This document shows positions 26,401-40,030 of a DNA stretch of 45,811 bases, in pieces. Below the pieces are notes generated by a model. It made no database searches. It had not been told where the DNA came from and saw only the letters and a program-made list of their open reading frames with translations. How positions within the stretch are numbered: the stretch's first letter is position 1; the number at the start of each line of letters is the position of its first letter. This DNA is from Octopus bimaculoides (Eukaryota), in assembly GCF_001194135.2 (NCBI RefSeq), contig NC_069001.1, positions 39,938,862 to 39,984,672 of the forward strand. The letters are read 5' to 3'. The position numbers and the translations under genes were made by a program.

Positions 26401-27859
26401 GCCTGCCAAATCAGAAAGATCCAATCGTTTTTCCAGGAACTACCGTTATGACTGACAATTTGGCAAGCTATTGTAATCTCCATATACTCGGTTACATTCA
26501 CCATTCGGTAAATCATTCCCCAAATTTCATAGATCGGTCACCGGGGTATGTAAAAGTCGGCGGAAGTAAAGATCATGGAACGCACCTTTGGGATATTTTT
26601 TGGTCTTATTTTTACATGAACCCACTATATCGAGGGCGAAGATTCCAAATCTGCATTTTAAAATTTATATTGTACGCCCCCCCCCCCAAAAAAAAAACGT
26701 AAATGACAAAACACCTTTTTCACTCTTTCTCTCCCCCAACACCTCTCTCTCCTCCCTCTCTCTCTTCACATTTCGGCGTGAGAAATTGCTAAAGAAGAAA
26801 ACTGTTCTGCAGCTGAGGTCTTCTGCATCCTGAGATCTCTATATCGAGTCATTTGAGTAGGTAAGTAAAAGATATTGTTTTAATACACTTTGACTTGCTT
26901 CACACAAACACTAACATGGTTTTTTGTTTTGTCCAGACATCGTTACCACTAATTTTTATTATTGTTTTCAAAGTTCTTTGATTTTCCAATCTAATGTAAA
27001 CCACAATCTATAAAACGTATTTCTGCCAAATGTCGTCTTAAAATATGTGTAAAGAAAGGGGGGGGCTGATGCAGTTTTGCACCTCACCTTCAAAAGTGCA
27101 TTTTTTTAATAAAAGATAACCAAATTCCAATTGACAATTCAACAGAACTTTTCTCACGGTAAAACAATAGTTTTTCTGTGACACCAATTAAATTTGCCAG
27201 ATGCCTTAGCCTAAGCCAAATAATGTCTTCGCCACTTGACCCTTCTAACCTCTTCTATTTCACTAATAGCTAGAATAGATATCACAGACCTCCATCGAAT
27301 TCTATTATTGCAGAAGTGAGTTGGTGAAAACGTAGAGACAGCGACCATTTGGGGACAGAGAGAAAGATTCAATTTCTTTTCTCTCACATCATTCTATCTT
27401 TATCTGTGGGTTACTTACTACGTGAACATCTACACACACATACTGGCCGAAATTAACTTATCTTTTTACCTTGCAAGCTTTTCCATTTATTAGTTATACA
27501 TACCAACCGTCGTGGTTTGGGGTATATACAATGTAACGGTAAATAAATAAGCTTTTCTGACCTAAACACTAACCCACAAAATTCGAATCTTTTGAATTTT
27601 CCGAGCTCCTCTCTCTCACCCTTTTCGAAAAGATTTTCCCCACAAATTACTTTACAATTGTAATATATGTCATTTGAAAGGTATTTCTATAAAATTTCAT
27701 TGAAAAAAAAAAAAACATTTTCCTAAAAGTTACGAGGAAAAAGCTTGGATCTTGTGAATTTTCCGAACTCCTCTCCCCAACTTCCCGTTGCTTTGCACGC
27801 ATTTTTTCTCTCCCATATTCGTTTCCTACACATTGTTTTACACCCATTCCAGGTGCGCG

Positions 27860-28650
27860 CATCCGCGTCAGCGAGTCGTGACTAGTCGATCCTACAACGA
27901 CAACCTTTTCTACTTCTGGATCGTGCTTTGAGAACTACTGTTGCTTCAGAAGCACTGGTCCGCTCTTCACTAGCCATTCTGTTAGTGAGGTCCCAGAAGT
28001 TGAACTGAACAGCCTCTCGTGACCGTATATAGGAAGGAGCGAATAGAGTACAGAGCTGCCAGTGATTTGCATTCAATCCTTTTAGACTTCAGGGCCAAAG
28101 TAATGGTCTTTCATAAGATTGAATTGAGCCTTTCGACCTGGCTATTCGCCACTGGATTGTATTGGGGTCGACCTGCTGGTCAATATGACTTTATCATGGA
28201 GGAATTGTCTCAGTTCATCTGATATGAAGGTAGCGCTACGATCAAAATGGATGAAAGAAGGGAGTCCAAACATCGAAAATAGTTGGCAGAGGCAATGAAT
28301 TACGATAGCTGCTGATATACCCGAACATGCGAACGGAAAGTGAGAAAATTCATCGATAATTGTGAGTAGATATTTGTTGAGATTAATGGATGGGAGTGGA
28401 CCCTTGAATTCTACACTTAATTTCACGAATGGTTGAATGGCCTTCGCAAGTTTGGTTGTCGGTGGTCGTCTGATAGACTCTCCCATCGAAGAGGACGTGA
28501 GCGTTCAGCCTTTGCCGAACGACCTGCACAAATGATTTGTTTATAGTAATCAAATGTTCGTGCTGCACATTAGCTCACTATCTCCTTCAAATCGGTGTTG
28601 TCTAAAGAGGTGCACGGTGTTACCACGCGTCAGGTGCCAAAGTGACTGCA
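27860..28650 (-). mobile_element. Degenerate Gypsy-like integrase fragment
   Basis: QPFVKLSVEFKGPLPS...KYLLTIIDEFSHFPFA...LFSMFGLPSFIHFDRSATFISDELRQFL matches a retroviral-type integrase core with decayed catalytic residues. Confidence 0.8.
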
Positions 28651-29414
28651 GAACAACGGGATATATATATATAGATAGACAGGTAGACAGATAGATAGAT
28701 AGATAGATAGGCAGATAGATAGACAGACAGATAGATAGATAGATAGATCGGGGGGGGTGTACTTTCAGTTTCTAGACCGAGTGTAATTATGAAGGCAGAA
28801 GAAAGGAAAGGTGTGTGTGATAAACAGAATTGAAATCTTTAACTTTTAAGAATTTTCAATGAGCTACTTTACTTGGGATTGTGTTAAAAGTAAGAATAAA
28901 TACATCTTACCTTATCTTCTAGCGAGGGATAAGGAAAAGAAACTTACGCTGAGACTGGCTTAAAATCCAACGGGAATTACTATTACTATAAAAGAACGTG
29001 TTACCAGAGAACAATTTCGTTTTTGCGATATCAATGTTTAAAGACACCGGACATAGCACATTCAAGTCAAAAATACTTTCATGTAATAAACTTTGACATA
29101 TAATTTACTGTGAAGAATAAAAAATTTTCTCGATACTGATTATCTGCAATTTTGTAGATGGAATAAACCAAGAGACAAAATACTCATCATACAACAATAC
29201 CACTATATTGTAAGTGTATATGTATTTATTCATATTTAAGTACCCTACAATCAATACAATCAACTAAAAACTCATTCTATCTTTATTCCTAGCATTGAAT
29301 CTTGTTGGACGTAATAAAGGATTGCAAGAACTGTTGTAGTATAATATTGCAGTTTTTTTCAGTAAATTCTTGTTTATATTCATATATGGTAAAAGTTGTA
29401 CAGTCACAGTATAA

Positions 29415-32400
29415 TTATGATCTTTTACAAAGAATTGTTCCGCCGATAAGATATTTTGGCCGTTGTTTAAATATTTGAGGGACTTGGTCACATTCTAAAA
29501 TAGAAGAAAAGAAGAGTACAAATTATATAAAATAGTAAATTGTTAATATGTGTAGAATGATACAATTTATTTTGAAGATTGGGAAAAAGTATTCGGTTAT
29601 TCGATCCCAATACTTAACAGGTATCTTATTTTATTGGTTTGCTTGTAAACGGGTTAATAGAAATTTAGTTTCTTCCATTTACAAAAATGCCCTTTACTCT
29701 CGTACAAAGTGTATAGCACCGATAAATAATAGATATTTTCCAATTCGCTTTTACACATCCAAGTTTTAGCTGTCTATTTTTCTATTTACTCACCTGCAAA
29801 CAGCTCACAATATTGAACCCTCATGAGATAATTACATATGTGATTTACACACATACACATCAAAGAATAGACGTGTGTGTTTGTGTATGTGTGCGTTCTT
29901 ACATCAACTGTGCCAGGCTATGTTCAGTTATATTATAACATACAACCTATTTGTCACTTCTGATCAACAAGCTGCAAGAGAACTTCCTCTCTTCTCAATA
30001 AAAAATGAAATGTCGAGTGCCAAAGGAGTCTTAATTCCTGAGAAGTACAATCGGATGAAAAATGTTGCAGATTTAAAGACAGCCAAACCTACCTAACAGA
30101 AATATGTTAAAGATAAAATAGAATTAACTGCACATGTGTAGCAAATTACTGATGAGATAAGCAGGAGGCAAAGTTCAAATTCGTCAAAACTAAAAGCCTG
30201 AGAAATGACTAAACAAGTGTAAGGAGCATTTCCAGAAGCTTCTTGGTAATCGTCCAGTTGTTTATAATGGACATTATAAAAACAAGTCAGGTAGCCTTGA
30301 TAACATAATAAAAGAAACTAGAAGACAAGGACATTTAGCGATATCCTCTTTCAATTCTGTAACGCCGTATACAATTAGAGCCAAATTGAGAAAAGAATGG
30401 GTTTGAAGATTGTATTCTCCCATCTTCAAAGAAAAGGAATCAAAGCGTGACAAGAAATTATAAAGAGATTATCCTAACAGCAAAAATAAAGTCTACAATA
30501 AGTTGTTGCTGAATAGCTTTTGAAGGTCTTAATAAAAGAGATTCAGAAAAGATTGCCCTACTGGTCAACAGATCATAAAATTCGATGAGAAATTGGTTTT
30601 TCTGACAACACCTCAAAACTTGGATCAATAGAAACAGTAGAGTAAAGTTAATTTTCTGGATGCCGCACCCAACTTTTGCACAGGACCGTTCCACCCTTTC
30701 CATAAACAAATCGAGAACCTAAAATATGTAAGTAGAAGATCTAACCAGCACCATAAACTCTATCCCTATGGGGGTGTCTGCTAGAATATCTAGGTTGTGG
30801 ATAAATGGGGATATATTTAATAGACGCAAAGGTTACTACGACACGACATTAACGGAGACCGGCTATAGTAGAAAAACCAAATACATGCCTTAGGGCGATT
30901 CATATACGAAGAAGGATATCATTTCACATTACAGAACTTAACTCAGATACCAACCAGTGGGATAACAGTAGAGTGATAACAAATAATAGAGGGAGTAGAT
31001 GCAAAAAGAAATTAAACCACAAAAGCTAACCTCAGAGTAGAGCCACCTGAGGGTGGGATGCTCCTAATAATTAGCAAACCTAGGAAGATAACAGAACATA
31101 AGCAAAAGGATAGACTAGCGGATGAGATTTGAGAGTCCCTTGGAGGCAAACAAAAACTAAGGATAGCCAAAATAGGGTGGCAACCTGCAGATCCAAGATC
31201 GTCAACTTCCTCCCACCATACGTGGGAAGAAACAAAATCTCTTTGCCCTCCAAGGCTGGCTCGCTAATTTGCGAGCCTCCTCAGGGGTGTCAAATAGCAA
31301 CACCATTGCATATTTAACCCCACTGGAGATGAAATTAAATAGTTGGCAAATACTCTGCCAACTCTTTTTCAATTTGAGTCTTTTGAAAGAGGGCGAGGAT
31401 GTCGAGTGACTTTGAATAAGTCCTTAACACCACCGTCCTCTCTTCAAACTCTTTCACCCACTGTTTGGGTAGGACAATCTCCCACTCCAATGCAGTGTCG
31501 TTTGTCTTTTTTGCCATGTTTTTTTTTTGGGGGGGGGGAATTCACAGAGTTATAAAAAAAACAAAAATGCAGGAAGGATGGAAGAAGACAAGAAACAGTT
31601 CCAAAACACAGCAAACTATTCTGGCCGTCCTGATACTCTTGGCCAACTCGGTAACCCTCTTGGTAAGGGCACAAAACAGTCACACAAAAATGGTAAAAAA
31701 TAAGCACAATTATAGGAGGAGGGATACGTCCCCACATTTCTCACCACTAAGTGAGACTTTAAACACACCTACAGGCAGACAAATGCATGGAACTCAGTGG
31801 AGATTCCTTGTTTGACAAAAATAAATAAACACGAGCAACAAACCCCCACTGAATCCCCAAAAAACAAACGCCTTACCTTGTAGTTGTGCTTCACCTGTTC
31901 AATAATGCACGACGTTAGTGTACAGCGACGTGACTCCTAGCAGTGCAAAGAAAACACTGACCAACGCATGCGTAGGGATGCAAGCTTCTTACCACACAGC
32001 CACTCCTTCCACCACCTTGCCATACCTTGTGCCAACCAAGGCTGTTTGTCGTGTACTCTATAAACCTGCAAAGGATTACCTGAATATTCCTGGCTGATTA
32101 TGTCCATATACAAACTTGCCCTTATGATAGCGCAATCTTCCAGAACGATAAAGCATTGATCATACAGCTAATGTTAGTCGAAATCAGTATGGAGAGCACA
32201 AAAGTGAAGTAGCCGTCTTGGTTTGGTCCCCATACACACTGGATTTCAATATAATCAAATATTTGCAGTGCATTGGCTCATGTGTGGGCGACACATGAAA
32301 TCTTTCAAGTGAGATCGTTGCCAGTGCCCATGGACTGGCTATTGTGCGGGTGACACAAGAAATTTTTCGAGCGAGACCGTTGCCAGTGCCATTGGACTGG

Positions 32401-35400
32401 CTCTTGTGCGGTGCCATTGTAGGATTTTCGAGCGAGATCGTTACTGGTTCCCCTGGACTGGCTCATGTGCAGGCGACACATGAAATCTTTCGAGTGAGAT
32501 CGTTGCCAGTGCCCCTGGACTGGCTCTTGTGCGGGTGACACAAGAAATTTTTCAAGCGAGACCGTTGCCAGTGCCCCTGGACTGGCTCTTGTGCAGGGCC
32601 GTTGTAGGATTTTCGAGCAAGATCGTTGCTGGTTCCCCTGGACTGGCTCATGTGCGCACGACACACAAAATTTTTTTATTTTTTTTTTTTTNNNNNNNNN
32701 NNNNNNNNNNNNNNNNNNNNNNNNNNNNNNNNNNNNNNNNNNNNTTTGTGCGGGTGGCACATGAAATGCACCATTTTGAGCGTGGCCATTGCCAGTACCA
32801 CCTGACTGGCCTTCGTGCGGGTCACACGTAAAAGCACCCACTACACTCTCTGAGTGGTTGGCGTTAGGAAGAGCATCCAGCTGTAGAAACTCTGCCAAAT
32901 CAGATTGGAGCCTGGTGTAGCCATCTGGTTTCACCAGTCCTCAGTCAAATCGTCCAACCCATGCTAGCATGGAAAGCGGACGTTAAACGACGACGACGAC
33001 GATTTTTAGCAGTACATGGGAAGTCGCTTTACAGATCGGCTCGCCCATGTTTGAAAAAGAATTAAGTAATAACAACAAAAACAACGAAATTATGAACTCT
33101 AACATTGTCAAAGAGTTACACGTTTAACTTGTTTTGTGACGTAACCAGTTGAATACTGGGGATGGATTAAGCTACAACTTTACCCTTCTTCCAAAATGTG
33201 TGATCCTGTTATGATAAGAATATTACCTATGTATGTACCAACGATACTCCATCGATTATTGAACCATCTGCAGTCTTTAAATATACACGTATCAAATACT
33301 TTGGAAAACCAAGCTGCTTTGCTGCAGATGCATTGATCGAATACAGGGCAACCAGAGCAATCTAGAAAAAGTAAATAGAAGACATTATGAAAGAATAAAT
33401 ATCTGAATTACTATTAAGAATGGCATTGAAGTTTCAGTCAAGTAATCCACCATCAGACTCTGATGCATTTCAGTCATTTCTTGGCTTATATTTTCTTTGT
33501 TGAGATAAAAAAAAATTACAAAAATTATAGAATACAAAAGCAATGTATAAGCACGGACATTCATAAGCGTCAGTTCTTTTTTAAACTGTTTCTTACTTTC
33601 ACTCCTACCTCGGTGCTAGCAGCTTTCACCTCAGGATTTAAGCTAACCATTGGGGCTTTTTGCAAAAGATTGAGGGCAGCAACGGAGAATAATCTTCATC
33701 ATCGTTGTCAGCATCAATATTATTATTATTAATAATTTAATTTAAGTAATATAAATACTGTGTGATTGATGTTTGTATAACTTGTATAACTTGATGATTT
33801 GTATAAACAGGGAGCATGTGTATGTATAGAGATGGGAATGCATATGTGATTTGTGCTTGTACTTAAAGCAGTTTTTTGTAAAACCAAAGGAGATCCAAGA
33901 TCTTCAAACAAAAACTGGTGACCCTGAACCACCACAAAAACTGACGACCTCGTACAGGTCGTCATAGTAACTATTCACACTCGACAGCCATCTTACACAA
34001 TGATTAAATGCCACGCAATATATGGAAGATCAAGTACATCTTCGAATAATGAGCCTTCCACAAATCCCAAATGAATATTGATGCTCTGTCATCTCAATTA
34101 CTGTTACATACTTTGCACAAAAGTTTTTTCCGTTGAAAAATTCAAATGCAGAGGTTTTTTATTGCTGATTTTCCAGTTTAAGTAATTTGGAGTGTGAGAT
34201 GTTTTCAATGTTCATGTATTACCGGCTACCCTCCACTATTTTAGGCTTCCAAGCATCCTCAATAGTTGAATTAAGGTGAAATTTTGAGAAATATTGGTCT
34301 ATTTTCATCAATAACAGTTATATTGTGCAATGAGTTCAATGTGCATGCATGAAGGTATTTAGGATGCATAACGATTGAAATGTAACAAAAGGTGAGGAGA
34401 AATCAGGTGGATATTGACACACTTTATTGAAATAAATAAGTTTCCCCAAAATTAAATGTATACAAAGTATATTTATAGCAACTCACACACACAAACATAC
34501 GCACACATTTATAAATACAATTCACCATACACTTAACCACATACACACTATCACACACACATATTTTACCCAAACATACCCATAAACATTCACATACACA
34601 TATGCAGACATACAATTGACCGTTAGGATCTTTTTTAAAACGGGAGCCACATTTTTCATTAATGTTTTATGTAGTGTTTTTGGTACGGAAAGACTTTCAA
34701 ACTTCGTATACTTATCTATTTTGTGTTATAGAACAGAAAAATATTTTTGTATTCGAATTTATTTCATGTAAAATATTGTCTTATTTCGATAATTTCAACC
34801 AATCACTGACAAGTATTCAGTTGTTTACATTTACTCCTTTGGCTGATTAAGCGATGTAAAGCGTATTTAATCTCCATACCTTCGTTTTATTTGCTTTTTT
34901 CATTTTAAATTTGCTTTAACCCTAACCCGAACCCGAACCCTAGGGTTAGGGTTAGGGTTAATTGTTTCAGAATCGTTTGTTTATGTAGTTGGCACTTAAT
35001 GTATATCGGCTGAATGGACGTCAGTGATTGGTTGAAATTTCAGAAATACGACAACTTTAACATGGAATAACTTATGGATTTCTTTTTTTTTTAAGAAGAC
35101 TAAGAGAAAAAGATGTTTTATATGACACATTCTACCAGTGTTCCAAGTTTCAAAGTGTTTCGTTAATGAAAAATGTGGCCCCCGTTTTAAAAAAGATCCG
35201 ACCGTTACCCTAAAAATTTAAGCGAGGCTGGCCCAAATAATTTTGGATGAATGGGTTTATCTTTTGGTTTCTTGTTTTGCTAAAGTGTAGTAAGCATCAT
35301 TATGTAGGTTTTTTTAAACTTCAGGGAGACCGCCTTCATGAAATGTTGCAATATAGGATATGGCCTCCTTGAGTGCAGGGCCAGTTTGAGGTCAATCAGT

Positions 35401-36003
35401 CCAAATGGCTTAAGGCCAACCCTGTATGTAGATGTTACTACACTTTATTATTCCTTTATCTTCTGCTCATATGCTACACCTGCATGCAATTCCAGTCTCT
35501 CAGGCCAAACCTGACCTGAATGCATCAGCAGAATGCTCGAAAATACCTTCCACTGGGTTTATACCAATTTTCTTCGTCTTTCAACTTCACAAAGATTCGC
35601 TCAACGGCTCTACAAATACAAAGCCATTAAATCACTGCACATCGTTCCTGGTGAACGAACATCCTCAGCAAAGACAAACAAATATGCAGGCAAACAGATG
35701 CGGAACCAGTGGCTGAGACAATGAAGGGTGCATATAAGAGACGAAGGTAGTATCAACAGCCACAGAGGATATTTATGTACAGTAAATGGTGGTGCGGTGA
35801 AACATGAGCACATTTACAGTAGAGATTTAAGGCACGTCCCTGTACCGACATGCAAGAAGCATATCATGTACCGACATGCAAGATTTCTTTCCTAATCTCG
35901 TCCTAAATTTCCACAGTAATGTTGATACAATAAGAAAGAATGACAAACCTGCAGCTGCCGATGCAGCAAGAAATAAAAGTAGAATCACCAGAACAGTCTT
36001 CAT
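29415..36003 (-). CDS. Gene D: secreted 8-cysteine protein, 89 aa, most divergent family member
   Basis: Exons 36003-35949, 33361-33227 and 29494-29415; GT-AG, phase 1. Protein: MKTVLVILLLFLAASAAA-DCSGCPVFDQCICSKAAWFSKVFDTCIFKDCRWFNNRWSIVGTYI-ECDQVPQIFKQRPKYLIGGTILCKRS*. All Cys spacings match A-C. Confidence 0.88.
30000..31950 (-). mobile_element. Probable degenerate LINE ORF1-like region inside gene D intron
   Basis: Broken ORFs (EWEIVLPKQWVKEFEERTVVLRTYSKS; LFLPTYGGRKLT) resemble repetitive ORF1-like sequence. No RT motifs seen; the assignment is tentative. Confidence 0.35.
32272..32670. repeat. Tandem array of 61-62-bp units organised as a 185-bp higher-order repeat (ABC ABC A)
   Basis: The anchor GGACTGGCT occurs at 32332, 32394, 32455, 32517, 32579 and 32640. 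Confidence 0.9.
32746..33002 (+). mobile_element. SINE-like repeat with RTE-type 3' end and (CGA)n tail
   Basis: GGTTTCACCAGTCCTCAGTCAAATCGTCCAACCCATGCTAGCATGGAAAGCGGACGTTAAAC is identical to the RTE tail at about 18574-18635. Confidence 0.8.
34620..35203. mobile_element. MITE with about 37-bp TIRs and a central telomere-like palindrome
   Basis: GGATCTTTTTTAAAACGGGAGCCACATTTTTCATTAA (34626-34662) is the reverse complement, with one mismatch, of 35163-35199. Confidence 0.8.
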
Positions 36004-36577
36004 CTGTAATGAAAAAATGAAGATGTGATATGTTTGCAAACATATCTTGTGTTATATTAGTCAACAAAGACAGAGAATTTAATTCAGATGAAAAGTAAAA
36101 TACTATCTTATTTATGAGTACGCAGAATACAGCTGGTTTGCTTTATGGAACAGATCCTAAGTGGGTCTGAAGAAAAAAATATTACATTCATTGAACCTGT
36201 TTGAATAACACATGAACTATTCGATAGGGCCACTCTGTAAAGTCACGAGTGAGAAGAGAAATTTTGTGAAAAAAAAGCGAGAACGTATATTTCAGTACGA
36301 AGTATTAGCTAAGAATAGAAATAAGTAAGAGAGATGACAAAGGGATAAATGATTATCTTAGAGCTGTTTCTGTTATATAAGTTGTCTGCCTGAATAACAC
36401 TCTGTAGCTTCATCGGACCTTCGAATATGAAGTCGGAGCTCCATTGAAGCTATGGAGTGTTATTCGGGCACTCAACAATGAGTCCACTGCATCTTATAGA
36501 AGCTGTAAGCTAATGAAGTCCATAAGGTAATCCTTTGTTCGTTTGCCATCTCGCATATGTATATATATATATAAGCA

Positions 36578-36970
36578 TAAGCATGACTGTGTGGTAAGAA
36601 GCTTGCTTCCCAACCACATAGTTCTGGGTTCAGTCCCATTGCGTGGCACCTTCGGTAAGTATCTTCTACTATAGCCTCGGGTCGACCAAAGACCTGTGAG
36701 TGGATTTGTAGACAGAAACTGGAAGAAGTCCGTTATATATATGTAATTATATATTTGTGTGTGTATGTTTGTGTTTGTCCCTCCACCATTGCTTGACAAG
36801 CGATGCTGGTGTGTTTATGTCCCTGTAACTTAGCAGTTCGGCAAAGGAGAACGATAGAATTAGTGCTAGGTTTACAAAGAATAAGTTCTGGGATTGAAGT
36901 TTTCAACTAACACTCTTTAAGGTAGTGCTTCAGCATGGCCGCAGTCAAATGGCTGAAACAAGTAAAAAGA
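36578..36970 (+). mobile_element. tRNA-derived SINE
   Basis: Head GTGTGGTAAGAAGCTTGCTTCCCAACCACATAGTTCTGGGTTCAGTCCC has A/B-box-like motifs; the body ends at gaaacaagtaaaaaga. Partial copies at about 23390-23460 and 31940-32030. Confidence 0.7.
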
Positions 36971-37075
36971 GTAAAAAAAAAAAAGAATAGGGGGAGAGAG
37001 AGAGAGAGAGAGAAAGAGGTAGATAGATAGATATTTATACATTTAAAAATATAGCTCAGGACTTTGCAGACTTAC

Positions 37076-37170
37076 CTTCTAATTAGAAAGTTGTTTCTTA
37101 TATTTTTGAGTACAATCTAAGGAATATGTTACACTGATGCTATGGCAGAGAAGGAGGGTTTTGTTATCAA
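37076..37170 (-). promoter_or_regulatory. Putative 5' non-coding exon/proximal promoter of gene D
   Basis: TCTGCCATAGCATCAGTGTAACATATT...AAAAATATAAGAAACAACTTTCTAATTAGAAG|gtaagt. Confidence 0.65.
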
Positions 37171-37447
37171 CTGCAACACCTCAGCAAGGGAGGGTGTGTG
37201 TGTGTGTGCGCGCATGTGCTCATAATGTCTGTTTTAATAGCCATCAGTAATTTATCATCATTTAAAAATTCAATAAAAAAGTCCAACAAACAGTTATTTA
37301 CTAGCTGCAATTATATATTTATGTCCATTTTCTAATTTATATTGTTCTCAAACGCTTTGGCTAAGACCAAACGTGTTATCTGCAGAGTTGGAGTAATAAT
37401 TCACACAGAGCTATTTACTTTTCTTTTTAGATTGGAATGGTTTAGAG

Positions 37448-37891
37448 CAGTGGTTCTTAACCTAGGCGGTAGCACCAGTTTTGGAGCTTTGTGAGTTCAC
37501 AGAGGCTCAAAAAAATGTCAAGTAGTTACTATGGGGGTCGCTGAAGAAATATTTTAACAGATACAGCACATTCTTTTAAACACATTTTTGAAATATTTGC
37601 AAGAATTAGGATATGAGAAGAACAGTGTAATCAGAAATATGGCTGATGAGTTTCAAGTTCCAAAAGAACAAGTCCTCTCTTTCTTTCAGAATTTCTGTAC
37701 GAATTTAGCATAAGCGCCCACTACTTCATGTAAAATATCTAAAACGATGCACATGCAAGGTGGGGCTACTGTAAAAACTTATGGACACCACTGCACAAAA
37801 CTAGGTTCGATTTGATTACAATAATCTTTTTTTTAGTAAAATTGTGGGAAAGACGTTTGTCAAATACCAGCTACAAAAGGTCGAGAACCTG
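37448..37891. mobile_element. hAT-type non-autonomous element
   Basis: Termini CAGTGGTTCTTAACCT ... AGGTCGAGAACCTG resemble hAT/Charlie-type TIRs, with a small deletion on the right. Confidence 0.55.
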
Positions 37892-39014
37892 TTTTCTAAA
37901 AGAAGGGGTTGTTTCCATGGCCTTTGTAGGCCACTCCATGTTGGTGAGGTCAATGTGGTTCCTGTTTATTTAAAGATTTCAAGTTGATGGCAACCAGAAA
38001 AAACATGTACATATTCGAGGATTTCAGAGGGTTTTAATATGGGCTACCACATTATGAAAGAGTTTAGTGAGTCTGGAGTGGGTGAATGTAGGTGGTGAGA
38101 GACCAAACAACTTCCAGAAGTAGACACCATTGCAGTGGCAGTAACAAAGGTAGAAAGTGAGGAAACAGAACTTTCATGGGCCAAAAGTGTGTCTATAAAT
38201 AACTTCATGTTTATCAATCTTGATGTTGTATAGCCCCCAGTTGAGATCTGGTCCAGCAAACTCTTGACACACAGGTAGTAAACCATCAATTTGGTTTGAT
38301 TCTCAAATTTGTTGCACTGGATATACCATAGTTTTGTCTGGCTAACGAGTGTACATTTTACATTGACATGAAGTGACCAAACACATTCAACTCCCAATGA
38401 GCTGGTCGAAGTGAGGCACTGGAGAAGATACCTGCTAATGCTGCCGTACAGTTAGTTCGAACTTGGAACCACCTAGATGTGAAGTTAAACTCTTAACTAC
38501 ATAGGCATGTTTGTGTTCCTTCAAGTGATTTATGTCTATATCGTTAATTAATAGTTTAGGTAGAAGATTTTGCTATCGTTAGGCCCCATGTTAGTTTTGA
38601 TAGAGCAGACCTGTGATCAAAGGTGTTCCAGCCATGACCAGCCTTTCCCGTTTTCAGGCATATTTATCTAAGACTGCATTATCCTATTTCTCTTTCCTTT
38701 TTTAGGAGAGTAGGGTGTGGTTTGAGGGAGAGTTTGCTCCGCTTTCTATCAAGTGACCACTTACAAGCATAATACTTACGTTAGTCGAGTAGGGGAAAAA
38801 AGTTTAGTCGAACACCAAAACAGGTAACATCTGGTAAGAATACACTGTTAAATATATTTATGTTGTATATTCAATGCTGACTGGTGTCATAAGATGATGA
38901 ATTGCCACTAATAAAACAGTTGTTAGCCTCATTACATTGTTTTAGTAACTTTATAGGTTCACATGTGGAGCATATATTTCTTATTGTTCTTGGTGACTTT
39001 TATCTTTCGTAGCT

Positions 39015-39230
39015 GTCTTACCATTTCCCACGTTCTTGCTGCCAGTGCAAAACCTGTATCTTTTCCACACCCCAACTCCCTTCATCGATTTGTCTCATCC
39101 CATACATGCATCTCTGATCGACTCTCAGATACTCCGAACACTTTCTTTCTCACCTGCAACTACCAGGTCATCCATTACTGCCTCATTGTAGTTACCCAGG
39201 ACATCCTTATATCATACAGCATCCTTAAAG
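39015..39230 (+). mobile_element. Penelope-like GIY-YIG relic
   Basis: Frameshifted FPRSCCQCKTC...FFLTCNYQVIHYCLI, resembling the CxxC...TC..VIYCI start of PLE endonucleases. Confidence 0.4.
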
Positions 39231-39859
39231 TTTTGTACTAATGACTCTTTGTGTGGTGTTTACCAAGCACTACATCTTCAAGGTCACTTTCCGAATTGTG
39301 AAAGGTAATTTAGTGCAGCATACGTCCCTCAAGTTATTTTGCTATCTAAACTGTACCCACTCCTTTTAGTCCCACTCCAAAAAGTGAAGTATACATTTTT
39401 AATCAGCTCACGCACGTTTGGATACATTGGTGTTATATAATTCTGGGATTAATTAACTACACATATTAATCGTTCCAAGCATGTTGATCGATTCATATTC
39501 ATTTACGTTAAATTTACTTATTAGAATCTTTTTATTCGGCTGATATGTAAACTTAACTGCAACAACAATTACCTTGCAAGTCCCTAAGTATGTGAATTCT
39601 ACCACTCCCCTGGCTCATTACAGCTGCTGCCTCAACTAAGCAAATTCTAAAACATGTCAGTTTTGGTAGATAGACATAAATCTATAAAGAAATATGGTAA
39701 ATCGCTGTTTGAAATCCATCATCTGGTAATTTATAGAACACAAACTACTGATGGTGAAATGTAACAGAAAACACACACTACTCGCGCTCGTAGATTTTCA
39801 CATGTACATGCATGCACAAGCAGGCATATACACATGTAGATGCACACATACAAACAATT

Positions 39860-39952
39860 CTTCCTTACACCCTCCAATACTGCAATAATATCTATGTAAC
39901 ATATTCTTTATGCTGTGCCAAGAAATAGCATATACAAATTTTTGACTGAAAG
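39860..39952 (+). promoter_or_regulatory. Putative 5' non-coding exon/proximal promoter of gene C
   Basis: TATGTAACATATTCTTTATGCTGTGCCAAGAAATAGCATATACAAA...GAAAG|gtaagt. Confidence 0.6.
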
Positions 39953-40030
39953 GTAAGTCAGCAGGTTTCTAAACTAAATTTGTAAGGACATACATATATA
40001 TATATATACTACATGTAATATAAAGCACTT

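Noticed and set aside
32184-32280. HCKYL...LLCSPY* as a candidate last exon of gene D
   Set aside because: C-x22-C rather than C-x20-C, and no acceptor. 29494-29415 has the correct acceptor, spacing and UTR motif.
32272-32670. CRISPR-like appearance of regularly spaced repeats
   Set aside because: Eukaryotic context, no unique spacers (the units themselves repeat), and no cas genes.
35525-35680. Minus-strand CICRA motif downstream of the gene D signal exon as a possible exon 2
   Set aside because: In-frame stop and wrong Cys spacing. The true exon at 33361-33227 fits perfectly.
38963-39241. ORF with a hydrophobic N-terminus (MWSIYFLLFLVTFIF...) as another secreted paralog
   Set aside because: It lacks the family exon structure and overlaps a Penelope GIY-YIG relic.
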